Assembly: GCA_050012475.1 (NCBI GenBank)
Contig: JBEKHC010000021.1
Span: 1-56,159 of the forward strand
Source of the DNA: Candidatus Velthaea sp.
GTDB taxonomy: Bacteria > Vulcanimicrobiota > Vulcanimicrobiia > Vulcanimicrobiales > Vulcanimicrobiaceae
Direction: 5' to 3'
Length of the DNA: 56,159 nucleotides
Below, piece after piece: positions 19,098-27,620 of this stretch. The notes beneath the pieces were generated by a model, which worked only from the letters and a program-made list of their open reading frames with translations, was not told the origin of the DNA and made no database searches. Positions within the stretch are counted from its first letter, which is position 1, and every line of letters starts with the position of its first letter. Position numbers and translations under genes: made by a program.

Positions 19098-20579
19098 ATG
19101 GGACAGCCAATCGAGCAAGCGACTAAGACGCAACTGCCGGCCGGATATAGTCCGCGCCTTGCCAACGACGACCTCATTCCGCTCAAAGATCAACACTGGA
19201 GCGCGTACAACATCTTCGCGTTTTGGATGTCCGACGTCCACAGTGTCGGCGGCTATGTGTTTGCGGGAAGTCTGTTCGCGCTTGGCTTGACGAGTTGGGA
19301 AGTACTCGTCGCGCTCATCATCGGCATCAGCATCGTCAACGTCTTTTGCAATCTGGTCGCGAAACCGAGCCAGGTCAACGGCGTGCCGTATCCGGTGATG
19401 TGCCGGGCGACTTTCGGCGTGCTCGGGGCAAACGTGCCGGCGATGATTCGCGGACTCATCGCGGTAGCGTGGTACGGCATCCAAACCTATCTGGCATCGA
19501 CGGCGTTCGTGGTGATCGCGATCAAGTTCTTTCCTCACGTCGCGCCGTACGCCGACGCTGCACGGCACGGCTTTGCCGGCTTGTCGTACTTGGGCTGGTT
19601 CGGCTTCATGTCGTTGTGGGTGCTGCAGGCGCTGGTGTTTTGGAACGGCATGGAAGCGATCAAACGGTTCATCGATTTCGCCGGCCCTGCGGTGTACGCG
19701 GTAATGTTCGCTCTCACCGCGTGGCTGGTGTATAAAGCCGGCTGGCAAAATATCCATTTGGATCTCAGCGCCGTCAAGTACCACGGCTGGGAAGTCGTGC
19801 CGGTGATGATCACGGCGATCGCGCTGGTCGTGTCGTATTTCTCCGGGCCAATGCTCAATTTCGGAGACTTCTCGCGCTACGGGAAAAGCTACGGCGCGGT
19901 GAAGCTCGGCAACTTTTGGGGCCTGCCGCTGAACTTTCTGGCGTTCTCGCTCGTCACGGTCATAACGACGGCCGCTACGCAGCCGGTCTTCGGAAAAATC
20001 ATCACCGATCCGGTCGAGATGGTCAGCCGGATCGACAACGCGACCGCGGTGGTGCTCGGTGCGTTGACGTTCGTGATCGCGACGATCGGCATCAATATCG
20101 TGGCGAATTTCGTTTCGCCCGCGTTCGATTTCTCCAACGTCGCGCCGAGCAAGATCAGTTGGCGCGCCGGCGGGATGATCGCCGCCGTGGCCTCGATCTT
20201 CATCACGCCGTGGAATCTGTTCAACAGCCCGGCGGTGATCCATTACACGCTCGATATTTTGGGCAGCTTCATCGGCCCGCTGTTCGGAATTTTGATCGTC
20301 GATTTCTATCTCATCAAACGCCAGCAGATCGCCGTCGACGATATGTTTTCGATGTCGCCGGCGGGGCGCTACTGGTACGAACACGGCGTGAACCGGAGCG
20401 CCGTGTACGCGCTCGCGCCGGCCGCGCTGATTGCGATCTTGTGCGTGATCGTCCCGGCATTGCACGGATTCGCGAATTTCTCGTGGTTCATCGGGGTTGG
20501 ACTGGGCGCGCTGTTCTATCGACTGCTTGCGCGGCCGGTGGCGTTCGGCTCGGGCGTGCCCGCGCCGGCGACGTCGTGA
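19098..20579 (+). CDS. NCS1 nucleobase:cation symporter (allantoin/hydantoin permease)
   Basis: About 12 TM helices; FWMSDVHS, WYGIQTYL, LNFGDFSRY, INIVANFVSPAFD. Confidence 0.92.
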   Translation: MGQPIEQATKTQLPAGYSPRLANDDLIPLKDQHWSAYNIFAFWMSDVHSVGGYVFAGSLFALGLTSWEVLVALIIGISIVNVFCNLVAKPSQVNGVPYPVMCRATFGVLGANVPAMIRGLIAVAWYGIQTYLASTAFVVIAIKFFPHVAPYADAARHGFAGLSYLGWFGFMSLWVLQALVFWNGMEAIKRFIDFAGPAVYAVMFALTAWLVYKAGWQNIHLDLSAVKYHGWEVVPVMITAIALVVSYFSGPMLNFGDFSRYGKSYGAVKLGNFWGLPLNFLAFSLVTVITTAATQPVFGKIITDPVEMVSRIDNATAVVLGALTFVIATIGINIVANFVSPAFDFSNVAPSKISWRAGGMIAAVASIFITPWNLFNSPAVIHYTLDILGSFIGPLFGILIVDFYLIKRQQIAVDDMFSMSPAGRYWYEHGVNRSAVYALAPAALIAILCVIVPALHGFANFSWFIGVGLGALFYRLLARPVAFGSGVPAPATS

Positions 20580-21337
20580 AGATCAAGCTCATCAATCCCA
20601 ACACGACGGCTTCGATGACCGCGATGATGGGCGAGTGCGCGCGACGCGTCGCGGCGCCCGGAACGCAGATCGTGGCAGCGAATCCGTCGATGGGACCGCC
20701 TTCCATCGAAGGCTGGTACGACGAAGCGCTGGCGCTGCCGGGTCTGCTCGCCGAAATCGCGTCCGGCGAGGTCGACGGCTGCGATGGGTACGTCATCGCA
20801 TGCTTCGGCGATCCCGGCTTGTTCGCCGCGCGGGAAGTCGCGCGCGGACCGGTGCTGGGCATCGCCGAAGCGGCGATGCACGCCGCGAGCTTGATCGCGC
20901 CGAGTTTTTCGGTCGTGACCACGCTGAGCCGCACGTGCGGCATGGCCTGGCACCTGGCCGAACGCTACGGGATGCGGCGCTTCTGCCGCAGCGTGCGCGC
21001 CGCGGACGTTCCCGTGCTCGACTTGGCCGTCGCGGGTTCGCGCGCGCAGCACGCGATTGTCGAAACCTGCCGGCAGGCGCTGGGCGTCGACGGCGCGGAA
21101 GCGATCGTGCTCGGCTGTGCGGGCATGGCGGATCTCGCGGCGCAGATCGCCGATGCAATCGGCGCGCCGGTCATCGATGGCGTTACCGCGGCCGTCAAGT
21201 TCGTCGAGGCGCTCGGCGCACTCGGCTTGGCAACCGCCAAAAGCAGCGAGTTCGCGCCGCCGCTGGAAAAACGCTACACTGGTTTACTCGCGCCGTTCAG
21301 CCCAAACCCCGCCGCTCCGCTGATCGCCGCGCGGTGA
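20576..21337 (+). CDS. Asp/Glu/hydantoin racemase (allantoin racemase-like)
   Basis: INPNTT, IACFGDPG, LGCAGM, PVIDG. GTG start overlaps the permease stop. Confidence 0.92.
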   Translation: MKIKLINPNTTASMTAMMGECARRVAAPGTQIVAANPSMGPPSIEGWYDEALALPGLLAEIASGEVDGCDGYVIACFGDPGLFAAREVARGPVLGIAEAAMHAASLIAPSFSVVTTLSRTCGMAWHLAERYGMRRFCRSVRAADVPVLDLAVAGSRAQHAIVETCRQALGVDGAEAIVLGCAGMADLAAQIADAIGAPVIDGVTAAVKFVEALGALGLATAKSSEFAPPLEKRYTGLLAPFSPNPAAPLIAAR

Positions 21338-21355
21338 CGCAGCCGAGACGGAGTT

Positions 21356-22000
21356 CTAAACGAAGCCGGCTTTGATCGCGTAGACCGCCGCTTGCGTGCG
21401 CGCGGAGACGTTGAGTTTGGAGAAGATCCGGCTGACGTAGTTCTTGATCGTCTTTTCGGACAGCTTGAGTTTTCCGCCGATCTCTTTGTTTGCCAGCCCG
21501 CCTGCGATCAGGCGCAGAATCTCGGCTTCGCGCAGCGTCAGATCGGCCAGGGCCGAACCGGCATTCGAGGCATAGCGGCGTTTGAGCATGCCGCCCGCGA
21601 CGCGCGGATCGACGTAGCTCGAGCCGCTGGCGAGGACGCGAAACGCGACATCGAGTTCGCTCGGGGAGATGTCTTTGACGACGAATCCGTCGGCGCCCGA
21701 CGCGATGCTGCGCTGCATGACGTCCGAGTTCGCGTAGCTCGACAGAACGCAGAACCGAACCTCGGGGCAGACGCTGCGCGCGACGGCCAGCGCCTCGGTG
21801 ACGTCGTGCGTGGCGTTGTCGAGGCCGAACACGATGAGATCCGGCCGCGTTCGCTGCAGATCCTCGGCGCGCACGGTCGACGCATCGCCGACGACGCGGA
21901 TCAGCGGGTTCTCGTTGAGGAACGAATGGAGCGCCTTCGCAATAAGCGATTGGCGTTCGATGATAAAGGTCCGAAGCGGGGCCAGATCGTGCGCAATCAT
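21356..22000 (-). CDS. NarL/LuxR family response regulator with an atypical receiver domain
   Basis: LTLREAEILRLIAGGLANKEI...LSEKTIKNYVS HTH. The REC domain has FG where LD is expected. Confidence 0.88.
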   Translation of the reverse strand: MIAHDLAPLRTFIIERQSLIAKALHSFLNENPLIRVVGDASTVRAEDLQRTRPDLIVFGLDNATHDVTEALAVARSVCPEVRFCVLSSYANSDVMQRSIASGADGFVVKDISPSELDVAFRVLASGSSYVDPRVAGGMLKRRYASNAGSALADLTLREAEILRLIAGGLANKEIGGKLKLSEKTIKNYVSRIFSKLNVSARTQAAVYAIKAGFV

Positions 22001-22298
22001 CAAGAACTCCTGTAACCCCTTACACCAAAACGGCGCGCCGGGAAAAAACCGGCGAGGTCATGTGTGAAATATACGGTATGAGGGAAGCTTTTACACTTAT
22101 CAAAAAATGGGATCTTTGAGGGTTTTTAGCAATTTGTCCAGTGACGGGTGACACGACTCCAGCTTCTTGCTCGGAAATGTCGGGGATGTCGCTGGCTCGC
22201 CTGTCGACCTGACCTATCTACGACGGCAGTGGAGAAAACGTCACCGGTGAGCGCGAAGAATGGCCCAGCGCACCGGCGTTAGACGAAAGAGGACCAGC

Positions 22299-23606
22299 GT
22301 GGCAACGATCATCGAGTCGCAACCGATCGACCCAGAGCTCGTCTACGCCGACAATGCCCGCCGGCTTCCGGCGCTCGAGCGCGACTACACCGCGCTCGGC
22401 GAACGGCTGGCCCGCAGCGGCGTCGACATCGAGGCGGTGAAGCGTACGGTGGCCACCTTTACGGTCGCCGTCCCGAGCTGGGGCGTCGGCACCGGCGGCA
22501 CGCGGTTCGCCCGTTTCCCCGGCATCGGCGAGCCGCGCAACATCCACGACAAGCTGCAAGACTGCGCCGTCATCAACCAGCTCGTGCGCTGCACGTCGGC
22601 GGTCTCCGTCCACTTTCCCTGGGACTGGGTCGACGATTTTGCGGCGCTGCGGGCCGAAGCGGCGCACTTCGGCTTGAGCTTCGATGCGGTCAACTCGAAC
22701 ACGTTTCAAGATCGGCCCGGTGCCGCGCTTTCCTACAAATTTGGCAGCCTGACCCACACCGATTCGGCGGTCCGGGCCGCGGCCGTCGAGCACAATCTAG
22801 CCTGCATCGACGCCGGCCGGAAGCTTGGCAGCCGCGCGCTGACGGTGTGGATCGGCGACGGCTCGAGCTTTCCGGGTCAACAGCATTTCCGGCGCTCCTT
22901 CGAGCGCTACTTGCAGAGCACGCACGCGATCTACGGCGCGCTGCCGTCAGACTGGCGCATGTACCTCGAGCACAAGCTCTTCGAGCCGGCCTTCTATTCG
23001 ACCGTCATCCAGGATTGGGGCAGCAGCCTGGTCGCGGCGCAGATCTTGGGCCCGAAGGCGCTTTGCTTGGTCGATCTCGGGCATCATGCGCCGACGGTCA
23101 ATATCGAGATGATCGTGGCCCGGCTGATCGGCTGCGGCAAGTTGGCTGGATTCCATTTCAACGACAGCAAGTACGGCGACGACGATCTCGACAGCGGCGC
23201 AATCCAGCCCTATCGCCTGTTTCTCGTCTTCAACGAACTCGTCGATGCCGCGCGCGACCGGGTGGCTGGCTTTGAGCCGGCATACATGCTCGACCAGTCA
23301 CATAACGTGACCGATCCGATCGAAAGCCTGATGGTCAGCGGCACCACCGTTGTGCGCACCTTCGCGCAGGCGCTGCTCGTCGATCGGGCTGCGCTCGACG
23401 GGTATCAAGATGCGAACGACGCGCTCATGGCGACCCAGACGCTCAAGTCAGCGTTCGAGACGGACGTCGGGCCGATCGTTGCTCGGGTCCGCCTCGAAGC
23501 CGGCGGGGCGATCGACCCGCTGGCCGTCTATCGCGCCTCGAACTACCGGCGCCGCGTCGCCGAGATCCGGCCCCGGTCCAGCAGCATCGGCGGGGGGATT
23601 GTGTAG
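22299..23606 (+). CDS. rhaI: L-rhamnose isomerase (RhaI/Pseudomonas type)
   Basis: PSWGVGTGGTRFARFP, EHKLFEPAFYST, DLGHH, FHFNDSKYGDDDLD, DQSHN. GAGG RBS before GTG 22299. Confidence 0.88.
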   Translation: MATIIESQPIDPELVYADNARRLPALERDYTALGERLARSGVDIEAVKRTVATFTVAVPSWGVGTGGTRFARFPGIGEPRNIHDKLQDCAVINQLVRCTSAVSVHFPWDWVDDFAALRAEAAHFGLSFDAVNSNTFQDRPGAALSYKFGSLTHTDSAVRAAAVEHNLACIDAGRKLGSRALTVWIGDGSSFPGQQHFRRSFERYLQSTHAIYGALPSDWRMYLEHKLFEPAFYSTVIQDWGSSLVAAQILGPKALCLVDLGHHAPTVNIEMIVARLIGCGKLAGFHFNDSKYGDDDLDSGAIQPYRLFLVFNELVDAARDRVAGFEPAYMLDQSHNVTDPIESLMVSGTTVVRTFAQALLVDRAALDGYQDANDALMATQTLKSAFETDVGPIVARVRLEAGGAIDPLAVYRASNYRRRVAEIRPRSSSIGGGIV

Positions 23607-25037
23607 GCCAACGGCTTCGGCCGCGATGCGTTCGGCCATGTTGCCGAAAATGAGCGAGTGGAACGGCAGGACGCTGAACCAGTACAAATAGCCGAAGATG
23701 CCGCGCGGCTCGAAAAACGCCGTCTGCCGCAGGGTCGTTCCGCCGCCCTCGCGCGGTAACGCCTCGAACTGCAGCCACGCCCGGCCAGGTACCTTCATCT
23801 CGGCGCGCAGCCGCAGCAAATCCGGCGGCCGATAGGCCTCGACGCGCCAGAAGTCGACGGCGTCGCCGACGCGCAGGTCGGTGGCCGAGCGTCGTCCCCG
23901 CCGGATGCCGATTCCGCCGACGAGCCGGTCGAGCAGGCCGCGCAAGTACCACAGCCGATCGGCGTAGAGCCAGCCGCGCCGGCCGCCCAAACCGGCGAAG
24001 ACCGTGAAGACGGCCGGCGGTGCGGCATTGGCCGTGCGCTCGCGACGGTCGATGAGCATCCCCTCTTCGAGTCCGGCGAACTCGCCGGGCAGCGTCCGAA
24101 CGTCGAAAGCGTCGAACCACGTCGTCTGCGGTCCGGGCGTGAGATAGCGGTCCAGCGCTCGCCGCAGCGCGAGGTCGTAGCCCGCTGGGACGATGTCGGG
24201 AAACGTCCGGCGCGCGGCATCGTCGTGCACGATGACTTCATTATACAGTCCCTCGATGAGGGGACGCGCGATCGAGGCTGGGATCGGCGTGACGAGGTGG
24301 ACCCAATAGGACGACAAGCGCGGCGTAAACAGCGGGACCACCCACATCCGGCGCGTCAAGCCGCGGACTTTCGCATAGCGCAGCATCATCTCGCGATACG
24401 AAACGATGTCGGCTCCACCGATCTCGAAGATGCGGCCCTCTCCAGCAGGAAGGCCGAGCGCGGCCATCAGGTAGGCCAGCACGTCACGAACGCCGATGGG
24501 CTGACAGCGGGTCGCGACCCAACGCGGAGCGATCATCACCGGCAGCCGCTCGGTCAGGTACCGGATCATCTCGAACGACACACTGCCCGAGCCTACGATG
24601 ATCGCGGCGCGGAATTCGATCACCGGGACGCCGGCGGAGCGCAAGCAGTCGCCGACCTCGTGACGGCTTCGAAGGTGACGCGACAAGCCGGCATCGTCGT
24701 CGACGCCGAGGCCGCCGAGAAAGATGATGCGCCGCACGCCCGCGGCGCGGGCGGCGCCGCCGAATCGTTCGGCGGCGAGCCGGTCGCTGCTGGTGAAGTC
24801 GCGCCGGTCGTCGCTCATGGAGTGAACGAGATAATACGCGGCCTCGACATCTGCCAGCGCCGCGCGCATCGCTTGCTCGTCGAACACGTCGCCGCGGACG
24901 ATCTCGACGTCCTCGAACCGGCCCTCGAGCCGAGCCGGCTCGCGCGCGACGCAGCGCACGGTGTGCCCGGCGGCGACGAGGTCCGGAACGAGCCTGCCGC
25001 CGATGTATCCCGTCGCGCCGGTTACGAGGACGCGCAT
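23448..25037 (-). CDS. NAD(P)-binding SDR oxidoreductase with DUF2867 (YbjT-like)
   Basis: VTGATGYIG, YYLVHSM, GSGSVSFEM, DFWRVE..LRLRAEMKVPGRAWL. Confidence 0.9.
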   Translation of the reverse strand: MRVLVTGATGYIGGRLVPDLVAAGHTVRCVAREPARLEGRFEDVEIVRGDVFDEQAMRAALADVEAAYYLVHSMSDDRRDFTSSDRLAAERFGGAARAAGVRRIIFLGGLGVDDDAGLSRHLRSRHEVGDCLRSAGVPVIEFRAAIIVGSGSVSFEMIRYLTERLPVMIAPRWVATRCQPIGVRDVLAYLMAALGLPAGEGRIFEIGGADIVSYREMMLRYAKVRGLTRRMWVVPLFTPRLSSYWVHLVTPIPASIARPLIEGLYNEVIVHDDAARRTFPDIVPAGYDLALRRALDRYLTPGPQTTWFDAFDVRTLPGEFAGLEEGMLIDRRERTANAAPPAVFTVFAGLGGRRGWLYADRLWYLRGLLDRLVGGIGIRRGRRSATDLRVGDAVDFWRVEAYRPPDLLRLRAEMKVPGRAWLQFEALPREGGGTTLRQTAFFEPRGIFGYLYWFSVLPFHSLIFGNMAERIAAEAVGLHNPPADAAGPGPDLGDAAPVVRGAIDGQRVDRPAGFEADPSNDRPDVRLER

Positions 25038-25110
25038 GCGCTGCTCTTGACGGCGGGAAGGGCGTGACTTGGGTTCAGGCTCGCCTCCAGGTCCGGATCT
25101 TGGTGTTCCC

Positions 25111-26172
25111 CTATTGGATCGTCAATACCATGTTTGCGTCGCAACTCACGGTTGCCAGATTGTACACGGCGTTGAGATTGCCGTGCGAGTTCGTCGTTTT
25201 GGACCCGACTGCCAGGGTCCCGGGAACCGGATAGTTCGTTCCGGTTGAATAGGTCTGCCCGGTGACCGGGCTTGTCGGCGTGCCCGAATTGTTGAGCACC
25301 AGCGCAAGCGTTGCGGTGCCAAGGCTGTTGCACTTGGCATTGAACGGTTGACCGTAGGCGAACGACCCGTTGGTGTACCATGAGCCGCTCAGCCCCAGAA
25401 GCTGCGTTCCGGGTGTCGTGAACGGTCCATTGTTCGTGAGCGTGAGAATATGGCTGGGCGTGGTCGTTTCCACGACACTGAAGGAGCCGTTGTCGAACGG
25501 AGTGGTTCCTTGGCCGACGATCGGGAATCCGTCGAAGTCGGCGGCCACAGCGGTCAACTTGTAGAGGCCGGTCGCCGTATTGAACGAGTTGGCGCAGCCG
25601 TTGTTGAGCGCGTTGTTGGCCGCCGTGTCGCATTCGATGTACCCGCTGCCGATCGTGCCGCTAAGCGTGAGCGACTGCGGCGCATTGACGCCCGGCTGCA
25701 TGGCTCCGTACGAGATCTGGCCTTCGGACAGCACGTACGCCGGCGTTCCGCTGATCAGCACGACGCCGAAGGTATGTGAGCCGGGCAGCGTGTCGATCGT
25801 TGCGGCAAATGTGAAGTAGCCCGTGCTGGCGGTATTGTTGAGTGTCAGCTTGGTGTTGCCGTCGGCGCTGGTGTAGCTGTACGGCCCGCCAGTGTTGTAA
25901 ATCGAGAGCGAATCGAAGGCTTTCGTTCCGTCGATAATGAGCGTGAGCTTATCGGTGCCCGGAGAGATCGACTTCGTCTGATGCGTCGACGACGTGCCCA
26001 CCGGCGCTGCGGGGATGCGAAACGTCACCGTCGTCGTGGCGATCTTCGAGGAGCCGCCGTTCGCCGTGTTCGAGACATTCGGGACGCCGGACACGCTTGA
26101 ACCGCCGCCGCTGCAGGCAGCCAAAGAGAACAAGCCGAGCAGCCCAGCGATTGTAATATGTTTACGATTCAT
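25111..26172 (-). CDS. Hypothetical surface lipoprotein (Thr/Ser/Gly/Asn-rich)
   Basis: MNRKH.. basic N-terminus, hydrophobic core, lipobox LAAC followed by a SGGGSS tether, beta-rich body. Confidence 0.8.
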   Translation of the reverse strand: MNRKHITIAGLLGLFSLAACSGGGSSVSGVPNVSNTANGGSSKIATTTVTFRIPAAPVGTSSTHQTKSISPGTDKLTLIIDGTKAFDSLSIYNTGGPYSYTSADGNTKLTLNNTASTGYFTFAATIDTLPGSHTFGVVLISGTPAYVLSEGQISYGAMQPGVNAPQSLTLSGTIGSGYIECDTAANNALNNGCANSFNTATGLYKLTAVAADFDGFPIVGQGTTPFDNGSFSVVETTTPSHILTLTNNGPFTTPGTQLLGLSGSWYTNGSFAYGQPFNAKCNSLGTATLALVLNNSGTPTSPVTGQTYSTGTNYPVPGTLAVGSKTTNSHGNLNAVYNLATVSCDANMVLTIQ

Positions 26173-26523
26173 ATCACAGTGTTCGGCCGGCCTGCTTGCA
26201 AAGTTTACCAAGCCGTAGCAATTCACTCGAGCTGCCCGGCCCAGCCGTCTCTCGAATCGGTCATACCGGTTCCGTTTGAAAAGAATTGGCCAAACGGACA
26301 ACGATCCGCTTCGGACAGGGCGATCTTCGATGCTGGCCGCTGCGGACAATCGGCCGATCGCAGCCCGCAAACGGTAGCGACCCCGCGTCCCGACGATGGG
26401 GTCGGGCGCTTCACGCCGATGGCCAAATGCTCCCCCGGCCCGCCGTGAAACAAGCCAGGACGAAAGAAAATTCCGCTCTCTTCTAAGCCTTGGCTCCGAA
26501 GAAACGAAACGGCGAACCCGGAC

Positions 26524-26890
26524 TGGGCGTGCTAACGCGGGTGGGCGCCGATGCAGCGGCGCGAACACCCGGGCAGCAACGGACCAGCTCGGCGACCAAT
26601 CGCCCGCAGCTGGCACGATTGAGCGCGACGTCGAGACCCCTGCCATACGCAGCGGCAGCGGCGACAACCCAAAATCGTCTACGCTTTCACAAAGCGCGAC
26701 AGCAGTCGCGGCTTGGGCGTGCTAACGCGGATACTCGTCGATGAAGCGGAACTTCGGTTCGCGAACACCCGAGAAGAAATCAACCAAGTCGGCGACCATT
26801 CGCCCGCAGCTGGCACGATTGAGCGCGTATGTAGAGCCGGTGCGATAAGCAGCGGCAGCGGGAGAAGCGGAGACTTCGTCGATGCTTTCG
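26524..26890. repeat. Imperfect tandem duplication, two units about 190-200 bp apart
   Basis: Exact blocks: TGGGCGTGCTAACGCGG at 26524 and 26714; TCGCCCGCAGCTGGCACGATTGAGCGCG at 26600 and 26800; AGCGGCAGCGG at 26651 and 26851. Confidence 0.9.
26532..26690 (-). pseudogene. Degenerate duplicate of the 3' end of the 26722..27075 gene
   Basis: Translates to AAAAY....ALNRASCGRLVAELV....GVR, then (after a 10-nt deletion frameshift) IGAHPR*, versus AAAAY....ALNRASCGRMVADLV....GVR..IDEYPR* in the intact gene. Confidence 0.75.
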
Positions 26891-27075
26891 GAGTCGATGA
26901 ACGTTGCGCGCAACGACCCCTCAGCGGTCATTTCGATGACGGCCGATTGACCGTCGTAACCCCAACAAACCATGTTTCCGGTCCGGCTGACCGTGATGTT
27001 GCTACCGAATTTCGCGGCTAACGGGGCGGCGATGCTGGAAAGCCACGTCGCGGGAGCCGATGTCGAAGAATACAT
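26722..27075 (-). CDS. Small hypothetical protein (117 aa)
   Basis: AGGA RBS before ATG 27075; globular-looking composition. Confidence 0.65.
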   Translation of the reverse strand: MYSSTSAPATWLSSIAAPLAAKFGSNITVSRTGNMVCWGYDGQSAVIEMTAEGSLRATFIDSESIDEVSASPAAAAYRTGSTYALNRASCGRMVADLVDFFSGVREPKFRFIDEYPR

Positions 27076-27176
27076 TACCGTCCTGGTTTCGCGCGAAAAC
27101 CGACACGAAACCTCGGACAACCGGTTCGGCGTCGCCCGACGGCGCTCGCCAAATGTATAAATCTAGGGAAGATCGC

Positions 27177-27437
27177 CTAGCGGGCGAGGCGTCCCGCGAT
27201 CATTGCGCTAATAACTTCCGGGGCAGCCGATGCTTGCCGAAAGTCGACCGAGTACTTATCGCCCTGGTCGAACGAAAGCTTCGCGGTCGCTTCGTCGTCG
27301 GAAATCGACGCCACAGCGGTACCCTTGGCAGTGACCCAGATCGCCGAGTCCCAGGAAAGTTCTTCCGTGCGGACTTCGGATCCAAGACGCGACCGAACGC
27401 CCGTGTTAACCGCGTCGATCCATTGATCAAATGTCAT
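27177..27437 (-). CDS. Small hypothetical protein (86 aa)
   Basis: GGAG RBS before ATG 27437 (MTFDQWID...). Confidence 0.65.
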   Translation of the reverse strand: MTFDQWIDAVNTGVRSRLGSEVRTEELSWDSAIWVTAKGTAVASISDDEATAKLSFDQGDKYSVDFRQASAAPEVISAMIAGRLAR

Positions 27438-27620
27438 TTCAAACTCCAAGTTTTTATCCAAAAGGCCAGAGGCCATCTCTAGCATACTCTCCATATGGCC
27501 GCAAAGCAAGGCCTTTACCTGGACTTTTATAACGCGCGGCGCGGCATTCGTTTCGGGTAGGGTCCGTCAATCGGCCAAACGCCCGCGGAAACCGCTTCAG
27601 GCGCTGCGCGGGGCGCCCGT

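Noticed and set aside
18750..20465. Long minus-strand ORF (likewise 33470..35086, 45043..46695, 5705..7420 and many other Arg-rich ORFs)
   Set aside because: Shadow or alternate-frame ORFs of well-supported genes, expected in high-GC DNA, with no recognisable motifs.
26173..26520. c-di-GMP or other riboswitch upstream of the lipoprotein gene
   Set aside because: Only short fragments (GCAAAC, GGTAGC) resemble the consensus, and the required stem architecture is not evident on the sense strand.
26524..26890. Diversity-generating retroelement VR/TR pair
   Set aside because: Mismatches involve all four bases rather than only adenines, there is a frameshifting deletion, and no reverse transcriptase or Avd gene is in the window.
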